Positions 9,061 through 19,041 of a stretch of 64,000 nt of DNA are shown in pieces. The position numbers and the translations under genes were made by a program. The stretch's first letter is position 1. Each line of letters opens with the position of its first letter. This stretch comes from Verrucomicrobiia bacterium. Lineage in GTDB: Bacteria > Verrucomicrobiota > Verrucomicrobiia > Limisphaerales > UBA8199. The notes under the pieces are model-generated. The model searched no databases. It saw only the letters and a program-made list of their open reading frames with translations, and had not been told where the DNA came from. Location of the stretch: NCBI GenBank assembly GCA_035294005.1, contig DATGLT010000445.1:400-64399 (forward strand). The letters are read 5' to 3'.

Positions 9061-9638
9061 TGGATGATTTCGTTGCATTCGGGAGCCGGACGTACGGAGA
9101 GGTTTTTCTGTTGCTGCTGGTGGCGCGGGGAATGGATTTCCTGAGCACCTGGATAGCGACTCCGAACATGGTTTTGGAGGGCAATCCCCTGGCAAAAAAG
9201 CTGGGGTGGCGCTGGGGCATCCCGATCAACTTCCTGATGTGTTTCGGGTTCGCCTTTTGGCCCTTGCCGGCCATTGTGATTAGCACGACCAGCGTGTTGG
9301 TTGCCGCCAGAAATTTTCAATCGGCATGGCTGATGCGCTCGCTGGGCGAGCAGAACTACCGTGAATGGCACGTCGAACGGGTTCAGGAAACAAACATTAC
9401 GCTGTACCTGTTTTGTCTTTTCGGTCAAACACTCCTGACGGGCGGAGTGGGAGCCGGGGTCATCCTGGCCACAAACAGCCATCAGAAAGACGAGCCCGTC
9501 GCCCTTGCGATAGGACTTGGCATTATTGCATATGCCCTGGCGGTTACTTTTTTCACGCTGCTGGGGATAATACGGCTGCGCCGGGCGGATAAACGCGAGG
9601 ATGCGCGCAAGTTCATTGGGCAGCCGATACCGAGGTGA
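9057..9638 (+). CDS. Membrane protein, DUF5658-like (D..ST...E.NP motif)
   Basis: Several hydrophobic segments; [18 protein letters not shown]; overlaps the hisI stop. Confidence 0.55.
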   Translation: MMDDFVAFGSRTYGEVFLLLLVARGMDFLSTWIATPNMVLEGNPLAKKLGWRWGIPINFLMCFGFAFWPLPAIVISTTSVLVAARNFQSAWLMRSLGEQNYREWHVERVQETNITLYLFCLFGQTLLTGGVGAGVILATNSHQKDEPVALAIGLGIIAYALAVTFFTLLGIIRLRRADKREDARKFIGQPIPR

Positions 9639-9683
9639 TGTAGCCGCGGGGAAAAGGGTCGCGTAATCACAACCTCCACTCAG

Positions 9684-11225
9684 ATGGATATCTACTACCC
9701 CAAGCTCCAGGATTTTCTGGAATTGGCCGACAAAGGGAACCTGGTGCCGGTCACTCGCCGGCTGTTGGCGGATATCGAGACGCCGCTCTCGGCCTACCGG
9801 AAGATTCGAGGACCCGCCGATTCATTCCTCTTCGAATCCGTTGAGGGCGGCGAACACCTGGGGCGCTATTCGTTTGTGGGATGCAACCCGCGCTCGGTCA
9901 TTCGCCAGACGGCGGACCGCGTGGAAGTCCTGGAGAACGGGCGCGTGGTAGAGACGGCGATCGTAAGCCGGGCCGGCGAGTCGGATCGTGCCACCGTCAG
10001 GGACGGCCTCGAAGTCGTCGAACGAGTGATGAAGAAATACCGGCCGGTGCCGTTGCCTGGATTGCCGCGATTTACCGGCGGCGCAGTCGGGTTTATCGGA
10101 TACGAGTTTATTCATGATGTTGAACCGATCGTCCCCAGGCCTCCAACCGACGAACTCGGGACGCCGGTGATGTATTTTCTCATCGCAGACCAGTTGATGA
10201 TTTTTGATCGCGTGTCGCAAACTCTGACGGTGCTGGTAAACGCCGTTCTAGATGACGCGGCCAATCCGGAAGAGGCCTACGAAAACGCTGTGGCCGAGAT
10301 AGAACGGCTCGTTGCCTTGCTCGAACAGCCAACTGAACACACACCCGTCAGTATCCCCTCAGAACCGCCCGCCATTTCATTTGACTCGAACGTTCCGAAG
10401 GAAAAATTCCTGGCAAACGTTGAGAAAGCCAAGGAATACATCGTTGCCGGCGACATCATCCAGGTGGTTGGGTCGCAAAGATTCTCAAAACCGGTTTCAG
10501 CCACTCCCGTGGATATTTACCGCGCCGCCCGATCGATAAACCCCTCGCCGTACATGTTCCTGCTGGAATTGGCGGGCTTTTCACTCGTGGGCGCCTCGCC
10601 TGAGATCCACGTGCGGTGCGAAGACAACGAAGTTGAGATCCGCCCCATTGCCGGCACGCGGCGGCGTGGCGCAACAGGACAGGAAGACCAGGCTCTCGAA
10701 AAGGAGTTGCTGGCCGATCCCAAAGAACGCGCGGAGCACGTCATGCTGGTGGACCTGGCGCGAAACGACCTGGGCAGGGTCTGCGATTTCGGATCCGTTG
10801 AAGTTAAGGACCTGATGGTCATTGAACGCTACAGCCACGTGATGCACATCGTTTCACAGGTGCGCGGGCGCCTGTCGCAAGGCCGAACGCCTTACGATTT
10901 AATGCGCGCGACATTCCCTGCCGGAACTCTCAGCGGGGCGCCGAAGATCCGCGCGATGCAAATCATCTCAGAACTGGAACAAACGGCGCGCGGCCCTTAT
11001 GGGGGTTGCGTCGGGTATTTCTCTTTTAATGGCAACCTGGATTGTTGCATTACCATTCGCACCGCTTTATTGAAAGAGGGAAAGGCGTACGTTCAGGCCG
11101 GCGGTGGATGGGTCACAGACTCGACCCCGGAGGGAGAGTACCAGGAAACGGTGAACAAGGCGCAGGCCATGCTCAAGGCTGTGGCCATCGCCCAGGGGTT
11201 TTCACAAAACCATGCGTCTTCCTGA
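9684..11225 (+). CDS. trpE: Anthranilate synthase component I
   Basis: ADIETPLSAY, FLFESVEGGEHLGRYS, NPSPYMF, GASPE, RPIAGTRRRG, KERAEHVMLVDLARNDLG, FPAGTLSGAPKIRAM. Confidence 0.93.
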   Translation: MDIYYPKLQDFLELADKGNLVPVTRRLLADIETPLSAYRKIRGPADSFLFESVEGGEHLGRYSFVGCNPRSVIRQTADRVEVLENGRVVETAIVSRAGESDRATVRDGLEVVERVMKKYRPVPLPGLPRFTGGAVGFIGYEFIHDVEPIVPRPPTDELGTPVMYFLIADQLMIFDRVSQTLTVLVNAVLDDAANPEEAYENAVAEIERLVALLEQPTEHTPVSIPSEPPAISFDSNVPKEKFLANVEKAKEYIVAGDIIQVVGSQRFSKPVSATPVDIYRAARSINPSPYMFLLELAGFSLVGASPEIHVRCEDNEVEIRPIAGTRRRGATGQEDQALEKELLADPKERAEHVMLVDLARNDLGRVCDFGSVEVKDLMVIERYSHVMHIVSQVRGRLSQGRTPYDLMRATFPAGTLSGAPKIRAMQIISELEQTARGPYGGCVGYFSFNGNLDCCITIRTALLKEGKAYVQAGGGWVTDSTPEGEYQETVNKAQAMLKAVAIAQGFSQNHASS

Positions 11226-11278
11226 ACCGGAGTTCCGGTTCGGACTGAGCCTTATTTGCCTCGAAAAAGGAAAAGCCC

Positions 11279-13852
11279 ATGAACGGGAACGCTGGTGCCG
11301 CGCGTGAAAACCTGCCGATTTACGAGATCGAGAGCGCCGTTATCTCCAGTGTTCGAGAGCACGGCCGCGTTATCATCTCAGCTCCCACTGGTTCGGGAAA
11401 ATCGACGCAAGTTCCCCAAATGCTCCTCCGGGACGGGTTGCTCGGGAACGGCCAGGTAGTCGTGCTCCAGCCGCGGCGGCTGGCCACCCGATTGCTCGCG
11501 GCTCGAGTCGCCTGGGAACGCAACGGCGAGCTTGGCCGCGAAGTCGGGTACCAGATTCGGTTCGAGAACGTCACCAGTGCCCAAACGCGCATTCGCTTTG
11601 TCACCGAAGGAGTGCTTTTGCGACAGATGGTTCAGGACCCCAGCCTGACTGGGATTTCCGCGTTGATCTTCGATGAATTTCACGAGAGGCACCTCTACGG
11701 TGACATCACCCTGGCGCGCGCGCTGGATTTGCAGGAATCGACCCGGCCGGACCTCAAAATTCTGGTGATGTCGGCCACCCTCGATGCCGGAAGATTGGAA
11801 GACTATTTGAAGCCGTGCCGGGTCCTTGAATCTCACGGAAGAACGTATCCAGTCGAAATCCGGTTCGCGGCCTCCCCCGGTTACATGGACAAACGACCGG
11901 TCTGGGTTCAGGCTGCCGAAGCGTTCAGCGACTTCGTTCAATCGGGTGGGACCGGCGACGTCCTGGTTTTCATGCCCGGAAGCTTTGAAATTTCCCAAAC
12001 GATTCAAGCAATCCAGCACTGCGAGGAATCGAGAGGCTTCATTCTCCTGCCGCTTCATGGAGAGCTTCCGCCGGGCGAGCAGGACGCCGCCGTGGCGCGG
12101 TACGAAAAGCGAAAGGTTGTGGTCGCGACAAATGTCGCCGAGACATCGCTGACCATTGACGGGATTCGATGCGTGATCGACAGCGGCCTGGCCCGGATAC
12201 CGCGATACGATCCCCAACGAGGCATCAACACGTTGCTGGTAGACAAAATCAGCCGGGCTTCTGCCGACCAACGGTCTGGCCGGGCCGGACGAACCGCGGC
12301 GGGGGTTTGCCTGCGGCTTTGGTCTCAAGAAGAGCACGGGTTCCGCCCTGCCCAGGAATTGCCGGAGGTCAAGCGGCTCGATCTTGCCGAGGTGGTGCTC
12401 ACACTCAAGGCGGCCGGTATCGAGGACCTGCGAAAATTCCGCTGGCTCGATCCGCCTGAAGAACAGGCCCTGGCTCACGCGGAGGAATTGCTCACAGACC
12501 TTGGGGCGCTCAAAGGGACCTCCGGTTCGGCAGCCGCTGCGATTACCGAGACCGGCCGCAAAATGCTGGCCTTTCCGTTGCACCCGCGATACGCGCGGAT
12601 GCTCTTGGCCGCCCAGCAATACCATTGCGTGCACCAGGCGTGCCTCGTTGCCGCTTTGACTCAGGGCCGCGACCTGCTGCTGCGCAACGTCGATCGCGAC
12701 ACAGCGCGTTACCGCGAGGATTTGCTCGGCGACAAGGCCCCCAGTGATTTTTGGATGCTCATGCGTGCCTATAATTACGCCGCGCGACACCAGTTCAGAA
12801 TGGACGCCTGCCGCCGCCTCGGCGTGCACATGACGACCGCCCGGCAGGTCGGACCGTTATTTCAGCAATTCCTCGACATTGCAAAACGCGAAGGCCTGGA
12901 CACCTCCTCGGCTTCGGTTCCCGACGAAGCGTTGCAAAAATGCATTCTCATCGGGTTCAGCGACCGGGTGGCACGGCGCGTCGACGGCGGGACGCTGCGA
13001 TGCGACCTGGTGCATGGACGGCGGGGACTGCTCGCAAGGGAAAGCGCGGTGCAAAACAGCGGGCTCCTGGTCGTCGCAGAAATCCGTGAAGTTGAAGGAA
13101 AAGACAAGACCGTGAATACATTGCTAAGCCTGGCTACGGCGATTGAGGAGCCGTGGCTACGCGAACTGTTTCCGGAAGACATCTCTTCCGGCTTGAAAGT
13201 CTTTTACGATGAGACCAGCAAGCGCGTTTTTGCCCAGGAACAGCTCAAATTTCGGGACCTGGCTATTGGCGACCGAAGAGTCGAGCCGCCGCCCGCCGAG
13301 CCGGCAGCCCAACTCCTGAGCCATGAGGTTGTGGCCGGGCGCCTCGTCCTGAAAGAGTGGGATCACTCGGTCGACCAGTGGATCCTTCGGTTGAACTTGT
13401 TAAGCCAGTGGTGCCCGGAGTTCGAGCTGCCGGCTATAGGCGAGGCGGACCGACGTCACCTGATTGAACAACTTTGCCACGGAGCTTTCAGTTACAAGGA
13501 TATTAAGGAAAAGCCGGTGAAGCCCTTGATTAAGAGCTGGCTCAGCGCGGCCCAATCCGAATGGTTGGACACCCACGCCCCGGAACGGCTGGCCCTCGGC
13601 AATGGACGAACGCCCAAGGTTAGCTACGAGTCGGGGGCGGCCCCGCACATTGCGGTGCGGATTCAGGAGATTTTCGATGTGACTTCCACGCCGAAAATCG
13701 CTTTGGGGCGCGTGACGGTGGTTGTCCATATCCTTGCTCCAAACATGCGCCCGGTCCAAATCACGCAAGACCTGGCCGGGTTTTGGCGCGATCACTATCC
13801 CCGCATCAAACAGGAGCTGCAACGCAGGTATCCCAAACACCAATGGAAGTAA
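11279..13852 (+). CDS. hrpB: ATP-dependent RNA helicase HrpB
   Basis: APTGSGKSTQVP, DEFHER, MSATLD, ATNVAETSLTIDG, QRSGRAGR; C-terminal LAPNMRPVQITQDLAGFW...YPKHQW typical of HrpB. Confidence 0.95.
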   Translation: MNGNAGAARENLPIYEIESAVISSVREHGRVIISAPTGSGKSTQVPQMLLRDGLLGNGQVVVLQPRRLATRLLAARVAWERNGELGREVGYQIRFENVTSAQTRIRFVTEGVLLRQMVQDPSLTGISALIFDEFHERHLYGDITLARALDLQESTRPDLKILVMSATLDAGRLEDYLKPCRVLESHGRTYPVEIRFAASPGYMDKRPVWVQAAEAFSDFVQSGGTGDVLVFMPGSFEISQTIQAIQHCEESRGFILLPLHGELPPGEQDAAVARYEKRKVVVATNVAETSLTIDGIRCVIDSGLARIPRYDPQRGINTLLVDKISRASADQRSGRAGRTAAGVCLRLWSQEEHGFRPAQELPEVKRLDLAEVVLTLKAAGIEDLRKFRWLDPPEEQALAHAEELLTDLGALKGTSGSAAAAITETGRKMLAFPLHPRYARMLLAAQQYHCVHQACLVAALTQGRDLLLRNVDRDTARYREDLLGDKAPSDFWMLMRAYNYAARHQFRMDACRRLGVHMTTARQVGPLFQQFLDIAKREGLDTSSASVPDEALQKCILIGFSDRVARRVDGGTLRCDLVHGRRGLLARESAVQNSGLLVVAEIREVEGKDKTVNTLLSLATAIEEPWLRELFPEDISSGLKVFYDETSKRVFAQEQLKFRDLAIGDRRVEPPPAEPAAQLLSHEVVAGRLVLKEWDHSVDQWILRLNLLSQWCPEFELPAIGEADRRHLIEQLCHGAFSYKDIKEKPVKPLIKSWLSAAQSEWLDTHAPERLALGNGRTPKVSYESGAAPHIAVRIQEIFDVTSTPKIALGRVTVVVHILAPNMRPVQITQDLAGFWRDHYPRIKQELQRRYPKHQWK

Positions 13853-13855
13853 GAC

Positions 13856-14731
13856 CTAATTGATCACTTCCGTCCCGATGCCCGCATCGGTGAAAATCTC
13901 CAGCAAAACCGAGTGCGGAACGCGCCCGTCCACGAGTGAGACTTTTTCGACCCCGTCCCTGATTGCCGCTACAACGCTGTTCATTTTAGGAATCATCCCT
14001 TTGTCCACAACGCCCGACCTTCTGAGCCCTTCAATTTCGCTGACCTTTAATTGTGAGATAACGGTCCTGGGGTCGGACGGATCTCGGAGCAACCCGGGCA
14101 CATCGCTCATAAACACCAACCGGCGGGCTTTCAATGCGATCGCAGCCTGGGCTGCCGCTACGTCTGCGTTGCAGTTGTAGAGTTTGCCGTCCTGGCCGAG
14201 GGCTGTCGGGCTGATGACAGGCGTAATGCCACGGGCGATGCAATCCAGGAGAGGCGCGGTGTTGACTTCGGTGACCTCGCCAACAAATCCAATATCGATG
14301 AGCTCGCCGCTCGGGCTGGTTACATGCGTCTTGCGGCATTTGAAAATCGACGGCCCGCTAAACCCTTTGGCAGCGCCGCCCAATGCGTTTATGGCCTCGA
14401 CTATTTCCGGATTGATCTCACTTGAAAGCACCCGGTCGACGATCTGCACCGCCGCCTCGTCCGTCACGCGCTGCCCTTGCACGAATTGCGCTTTCAACCC
14501 TGCGCTTTCCATGGCCCGAGTAATGGCTTTCCCGCCGCCATGCACGACCACCGGGTTGATTTCCACTGCCTCCAGAAAGACGAGATCGCGGGCCACGCTT
14601 TGACGCACCGCGGGATCCGGCGAGTCCATAAAGCTGCCGCCGTACTTGATGACGAACGTCGCCCCGCTAAATTTTTGGATGTACGGAAGGGCCTCGAGCA
14701 GTGTATCGGCTTTAGCAATCAGATCCTGCAT
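13856..14731 (-). CDS. argB: Acetylglutamate kinase
   Basis: LLEALPYIQKF, VIKYGGSFM, VVHGGGK, NCNADVAA, GMIPKM, LLEIFTDAGIGT; start moved to MQDL at 14731. Confidence 0.96.
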   Translation of the reverse strand: MQDLIAKADTLLEALPYIQKFSGATFVIKYGGSFMDSPDPAVRQSVARDLVFLEAVEINPVVVHGGGKAITRAMESAGLKAQFVQGQRVTDEAAVQIVDRVLSSEINPEIVEAINALGGAAKGFSGPSIFKCRKTHVTSPSGELIDIGFVGEVTEVNTAPLLDCIARGITPVISPTALGQDGKLYNCNADVAAAQAAIALKARRLVFMSDVPGLLRDPSDPRTVISQLKVSEIEGLRRSGVVDKGMIPKMNSVVAAIRDGVEKVSLVDGRVPHSVLLEIFTDAGIGTEVIN

Positions 14732-14738
14732 GGGGGCC

Positions 14739-14767
14739 AGAATATCGGCCGGAACTTTTCGACACAA
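14739..14767 (-). promoter_or_regulatory. sigma70-like promoter for argB (TTGTGT-17-TATTCT, 7 nt before ATG)
   Basis: Minus strand reads TTGTGTcgaaaagttccggccgaTATTCTggcccccATG. Confidence 0.5.
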
Positions 14768-14852
14768 CTCTGCGCATCTGCCGCAACAGTGACGCCTGAA
14801 TCGTCGTGACTTCGGGGTGTGCTTTGCTATGGCTTAAGGCGGCTGCCATACT

Positions 14853-16610
14853 ATGCAAAAAAAGTTCCTTTCCCTCGGTTTGCTCATCCTTGTTTTTGGC
14901 CTGAACGCCGCCGAACCGCGTTTGGGCCGGTGGTCTGAAGAACGCGCTCGCCAATGGCAGGAAAAAACCCGGTGGCTCGCCGGGTGCGATTTCCTGCCGA
15001 GCACAGCCATTAACCAGTTGGAAATGTTCCAGGCTGAGAGCTTTGACCCGGCGACCATTGACCGCGAACTCGGGTGGGCGCAGTCACTGGGTTTTAACGC
15101 GGTTCGGGTCTACCTGCAGGACCAGTTGTGGCAGCAGGATTCGAAGGGTTTTACAACCAGGCTGGATGAGTTCCTCACTATCGCCCAGCGACATGGGATC
15201 AGGGCGGTGCTGGTGCTGTTCGATTCGTGCTGGGACCCATTCCCACGACTTGGCAAGCAAAGAGCGCCTCGGCCTCACATTCACAACAGCGGGTGGGTCC
15301 AGAGCCCCGGCGCCAGGGAGTTGCTCGATCCAGGTTCCGAACCCTCGTTGAAAGCTTATGTCCTGGGAGTGGTCGGGCGTTTTCGCAGCGACCCGCGAGT
15401 TGTCCTTTGGGACGTCTGGAACGAACCCGACAACATGAACCGGCCTGCTTACGTGGCCCTGGAGCCCACCAATAAAGTGGACCTGGTCCTGCCGTTGCTG
15501 AAAAAGGCCTTCGATTGGGCCCGCGAAGCCGACCCGTCGCAGCCTCTCACATCCGGGGTGTGGATGGGCACGTGGCCCGATCCCGACAAACTCAGCCCGA
15601 CCGAGCAAGTTCAGTTATCCGAGTCGGACATCGTCAGCTTCCATAACTACAATGATTTGCCGAGCTTGAAGGAGGCGGTTACAAACCTGCGCAGGTATCA
15701 TCGGCCGCTGGTCTGTACCGAGTACATGTCCAGGGGCAACGGCAGCTTTTTTGATCCAAACCTCGGCTACCTCAAATCTCAGCACGTCGGCGCACTTAAC
15801 TGGGGTCTTGTCGAGGGAAAGAGCCAGACGATTTATCCCTGGGACTCGTGGACCAAGCAATATAACATTGAGCCCTCCCTCTGGTTTCACGATATTTTTC
15901 GACGTGACGGAACGCCTTACCGCCCGGAGGAGGTTGCCTACATCCGCGAAATCACACAGGCTGATTTCCTTTTTGACGGCACCGACCTGGCAGGGTGGCG
16001 AGAGCCTCACGGGGAATGGCGCGTAGCTGAATCCGTCGCTTCGGATCCCTCAAAGCCTGAGGCCTTCACGATCCGCGCGGGGGATGGGGTGCTCGTCAAC
16101 GGCGATATGGGTCACACAGAGGACCTCATCAGCGAACAAGAGTTTGGGGACATGGACCTGCACGTGGAATTCTGCATACCCAAGCACTCGAATTCCGGCG
16201 TGTACTTGCAGGGCCGTTACGAAGTGCAGGTTTATGACAGTTTTGGAGTGGAAAAGGATGCGTATCCCGGAATCGAATGTGGAGGCATTTACCCGCGCTG
16301 GATTAATGAAGCTAACGTTGAAGGGCATTCGCCCCTGGTCAACGCGAGCAAACCGCCGGGCCAATGGCAATCGTTCGACATTGAGTTTCAAGCTCCACGA
16401 TTCGATTCATCGGGAAAGAAGGTTGCAGACGCAAGGATCGTTCGCATTTTGCACAATGGCACGGTCATTCACAGAAATATTGACCTGAAGGGGCCGACAC
16501 GAGGTGCTCTTTCAGACCAGGAACAGGAGCGCGGCCCGATTCGCCTCCAGGGGGATCACGGTCCGGTGGCTTACCGGAATCTGCGCGTCAAACCGCTGCA
16601 CTTAAATTAA
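14853..16610 (+). CDS. Secreted GH5-like (clan GH-A) glycoside hydrolase fused to a C-terminal DUF1080 (3-keto-disaccharide hydrolase-like) domain
   Basis: Signal peptide; WDVWNEPDN (acid/base) and CTEYMSR (nucleophile); then LFDGTDLAGW, FGDMDLHVEF, NSGVYLQGRYEVQV, GQWQSFDI, GPIRLQGDHGPVAYRNL. Confidence 0.85.
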   Translation: MQKKFLSLGLLILVFGLNAAEPRLGRWSEERARQWQEKTRWLAGCDFLPSTAINQLEMFQAESFDPATIDRELGWAQSLGFNAVRVYLQDQLWQQDSKGFTTRLDEFLTIAQRHGIRAVLVLFDSCWDPFPRLGKQRAPRPHIHNSGWVQSPGARELLDPGSEPSLKAYVLGVVGRFRSDPRVVLWDVWNEPDNMNRPAYVALEPTNKVDLVLPLLKKAFDWAREADPSQPLTSGVWMGTWPDPDKLSPTEQVQLSESDIVSFHNYNDLPSLKEAVTNLRRYHRPLVCTEYMSRGNGSFFDPNLGYLKSQHVGALNWGLVEGKSQTIYPWDSWTKQYNIEPSLWFHDIFRRDGTPYRPEEVAYIREITQADFLFDGTDLAGWREPHGEWRVAESVASDPSKPEAFTIRAGDGVLVNGDMGHTEDLISEQEFGDMDLHVEFCIPKHSNSGVYLQGRYEVQVYDSFGVEKDAYPGIECGGIYPRWINEANVEGHSPLVNASKPPGQWQSFDIEFQAPRFDSSGKKVADARIVRILHNGTVIHRNIDLKGPTRGALSDQEQERGPIRLQGDHGPVAYRNLRVKPLHLN

Positions 16611-16637
16611 CCGGCAACGCGCTGCGATTGTAACCGA

Positions 16638-17000
16638 ATGAAATGTTTTAAGCACAACGCCGCGGAAGCCGTTGCCGTTTGCGCTTACTGCGGACGGGCT
16701 TTGTGCGTCGAGTGCGCGGGCAAACCTGCGACCTCGCGCGCGGCATGTTCAGAAGCCTGTGCCAATGCTTTGGAAAAAACGGAGCATGCTATCCATTCTA
16801 TTTTGCAACAGAGCATGCGCAGCGCCCAGGCAAGCGCGTTTTATTGTTATCTCTGCGCCGGGCTTTCCGGCGCCGCCGCAGTTGTCGCGTGGTTCATGCT
16901 GCCGTCACCGTTCCTGATTCTTTTCACCGGCGGATGTGCCGTGGTTCTCATCATTTCCGGGCTTTGGTACGGCCGCGCAGCCCGGAAGGCGAGGTCTTAG
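16638..17000 (+). CDS. B-box-like zinc finger membrane protein
   Basis: MKCFKH...CAYCGRALCVEC...CSEAC followed by two hydrophobic helices. Confidence 0.6.
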   Translation: MKCFKHNAAEAVAVCAYCGRALCVECAGKPATSRAACSEACANALEKTEHAIHSILQQSMRSAQASAFYCYLCAGLSGAAAVVAWFMLPSPFLILFTGGCAVVLIISGLWYGRAARKARS

Positions 17001-17002
17001 TT

Positions 17003-17710
17003 TCAGGGAGCTCCTCCATCGTAATTCGATTTAGAATCCCCATGCCGGATCTCTCCGGGTAAAACTCGCGGCGGCGGCGCTTTCACAAAAGTTGTGGGAC
17101 GCAAGTAAATCGGCTGTAGCTGGTCGCTGCTCACGCTTTCGTTCCTGCTGGCGCACAACTTCCCAAGCGTCGCGGCGCGTGGAAAAACCGTGCGACCCGA
17201 CTCAAACCAATTGCGCAGTTCGGGCCCCACCAGAGTGTGGCCGGCTTTTTCACGCTCCAGAACCGTCGCTTTGGAGACGAGGCGGAGCGGGGCAGCTTCA
17301 GAGAGACGCGCCTCGGAAATCCGGTAATCAGCCATGTAAAACTCACCCCGCTGAGCATCAACCACGACACTGACAAGTCCGAGGATTCCGTGTGCGCGAG
17401 CCTCCTCGGCAATGCATTCGACGCTGCTGATTCCCGAAACCCGAACAATGCGCGCAAGGTCCCAACCTTGCGCCAGCGCTATGGCAATGCGAATTCCCGT
17501 GTAAGAACCCGGGCCAAGACCAACGGCAAGCGCCCGAACCTGTTCTCGTTCCACACACGCCTGCCGCAACACTCTCTCGACCATTTCAAACGGCCTCGTG
17601 GATTGGCCTCCTGTCTCGATCGCTTCATTTTCCACCAACCCGCCGTTCGCGGGCTGGAACAGGGCAACACTGCGCTGCGGCGACGAAAATTCAAAAGCCA
17701 ATATCGTCAT
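17003..17710 (-). CDS. tsaB: tRNA threonylcarbamoyladenosine biosynthesis protein TsaB
   Basis: MTILAFEFS, AVGLGPGSYTGIRIAIA, VVDAQRGEFY, LQPIYLR; adjacent to tsaE. Confidence 0.92.
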   Translation of the reverse strand: MTILAFEFSSPQRSVALFQPANGGLVENEAIETGGQSTRPFEMVERVLRQACVEREQVRALAVGLGPGSYTGIRIAIALAQGWDLARIVRVSGISSVECIAEEARAHGILGLVSVVVDAQRGEFYMADYRISEARLSEAAPLRLVSKATVLEREKAGHTLVGPELRNWFESGRTVFPRAATLGKLCASRNESVSSDQLQPIYLRPTTFVKAPPPRVLPGEIRHGDSKSNYDGGAP

Positions 17711-18134
17711 ACGAAAAGCGCCTGTTCGTTCCTTCGAGAATCTCTATCTCCACCCACCGCAGTTTTCGACCTTCTTCAATCTGCTCTGGCCTTTTCAAAA
17801 ACCATCGTTCAGCCCATTCGATTACCGCCAGGCCGTCGGGATAAAAGTATTGTTCCAGTCCCGCAGCTGCTATTTGGTCAGGTGTATCGAGGCGGTAAAG
17901 GTCGAGATGATACAGCGGCATGCGTCCTGCCTGGTAAACATTCACCAATGCAAACGTGGGTGAGACGACACGGCTGCCGATCCCAATTCCGGCGGCAATG
18001 CCTTTGACGAGCTGGGTTTTCCCGGCTCCCAGGTCTCCGCATAGCGCGATAACCAGGCCACGCTGCGCGTTTCGGGCCCATTGTTCTCCCAATGCAAATG
18101 TTTCAGCAGGGCTATGCGAAATGTTCGTAACCAT
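17691..18134 (-). CDS. tsaE: tRNA threonylcarbamoyladenosine biosynthesis ATPase TsaE
   Basis: LCGDLGAGKTQLVKG, VVSPTFALVNVY, HLDLYRL, VIEWAE. Confidence 0.95.
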   Translation of the reverse strand: MVTNISHSPAETFALGEQWARNAQRGLVIALCGDLGAGKTQLVKGIAAGIGIGSRVVSPTFALVNVYQAGRMPLYHLDLYRLDTPDQIAAAGLEQYFYPDGLAVIEWAERWFLKRPEQIEEGRKLRWVEIEILEGTNRRFSYDDIGF

Positions 18135-19041
18135 GAAGGTTCAGCGGGCGCAGTCCATGCCGGTCCCGGATCTGAATTCCCGGACTCGAAGTTATTTTGC
18201 CGATGCAATGCAGTGGAATTTTCGGGAACCGAGCCTTCCACGAGTCCAGCAATGATACGGCATCCCGGCCGGCCAGGGCGAAGAGCAGTTCGAAATCTTC
18301 GCCGTCGGTCAGTGCGGCAATAAGTCCAGTCTTGGCAGTATTGGAAACTTTGGCGGCGCGGCGGGCCTCGCGGCTGATCGGGATCGCCGATGCCAACAAC
18401 TCTGCTCCCAATCCCTGCCGGAGCAAGTGCTTCAGGTCACCAGCCAACCCGTCACTGAGGTCGATCATGGCGTGGATTTTGAAATGGTCGGCGAGCCAGC
18501 GTGCTTCTTCAAGGCGAGGCTCAAATTCGAGGTGTTTTGCGCCGATCGACCCGCCCAGATGCCCGCTCACAAACAGCGCGTCCCCTGCCTGGGCGCCCGA
18601 TCTCGAGATGGCCTTGCCGCGACTCGCCCAGCCCAGCAGCGAAATGGAGATCAACAGTCGTTCGGGATTCGTCGTGGTCTCACCCCCTGCGATTGCCACA
18701 TCATACTTCGACGCAGTCGCATTCAATCCTCGATAAATCCTGTCCACGTACTCGGGATCAAAAGGATCGGGCAAAGCCAGCGTGATGAGGGCCGCTGTTG
18801 GTGTCCCTGCCATTGCGGCAATATCACTTAGGCAACGCGCAATCGCTTTGTGACCGACTTTTTCGGGGGGAGCCGCCGAGTCAAAATGCACGCCTTGTAC
18901 GACTGCGTCTGTCTTGAAAAGCAACAATCGATCAGGAATACCCAAATCGATCACGGCACAGTCGTCGCCGGCTCCGACCACCACCGACGGGTTGGTGTGA
19001 AGGGAGCGCGTCAGCCGCGAAATCAGCTCGAACTCCTTCAT
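18112..19041 (-). CDS. thiL: Thiamine-monophosphate kinase
   Basis: MKEFELI, GAGDDCAV, TDAVVQGVHF, LSDIAAMAG, AGGET, MIDLSDGL, GEDFELLF; start at 19041 (ATGA overlap with the upstream gene). Confidence 0.93.
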   Translation of the reverse strand: MKEFELISRLTRSLHTNPSVVVGAGDDCAVIDLGIPDRLLLFKTDAVVQGVHFDSAAPPEKVGHKAIARCLSDIAAMAGTPTAALITLALPDPFDPEYVDRIYRGLNATASKYDVAIAGGETTTNPERLLISISLLGWASRGKAISRSGAQAGDALFVSGHLGGSIGAKHLEFEPRLEEARWLADHFKIHAMIDLSDGLAGDLKHLLRQGLGAELLASAIPISREARRAAKVSNTAKTGLIAALTDGEDFELLFALAGRDAVSLLDSWKARFPKIPLHCIGKITSSPGIQIRDRHGLRPLNLHGYEHFA

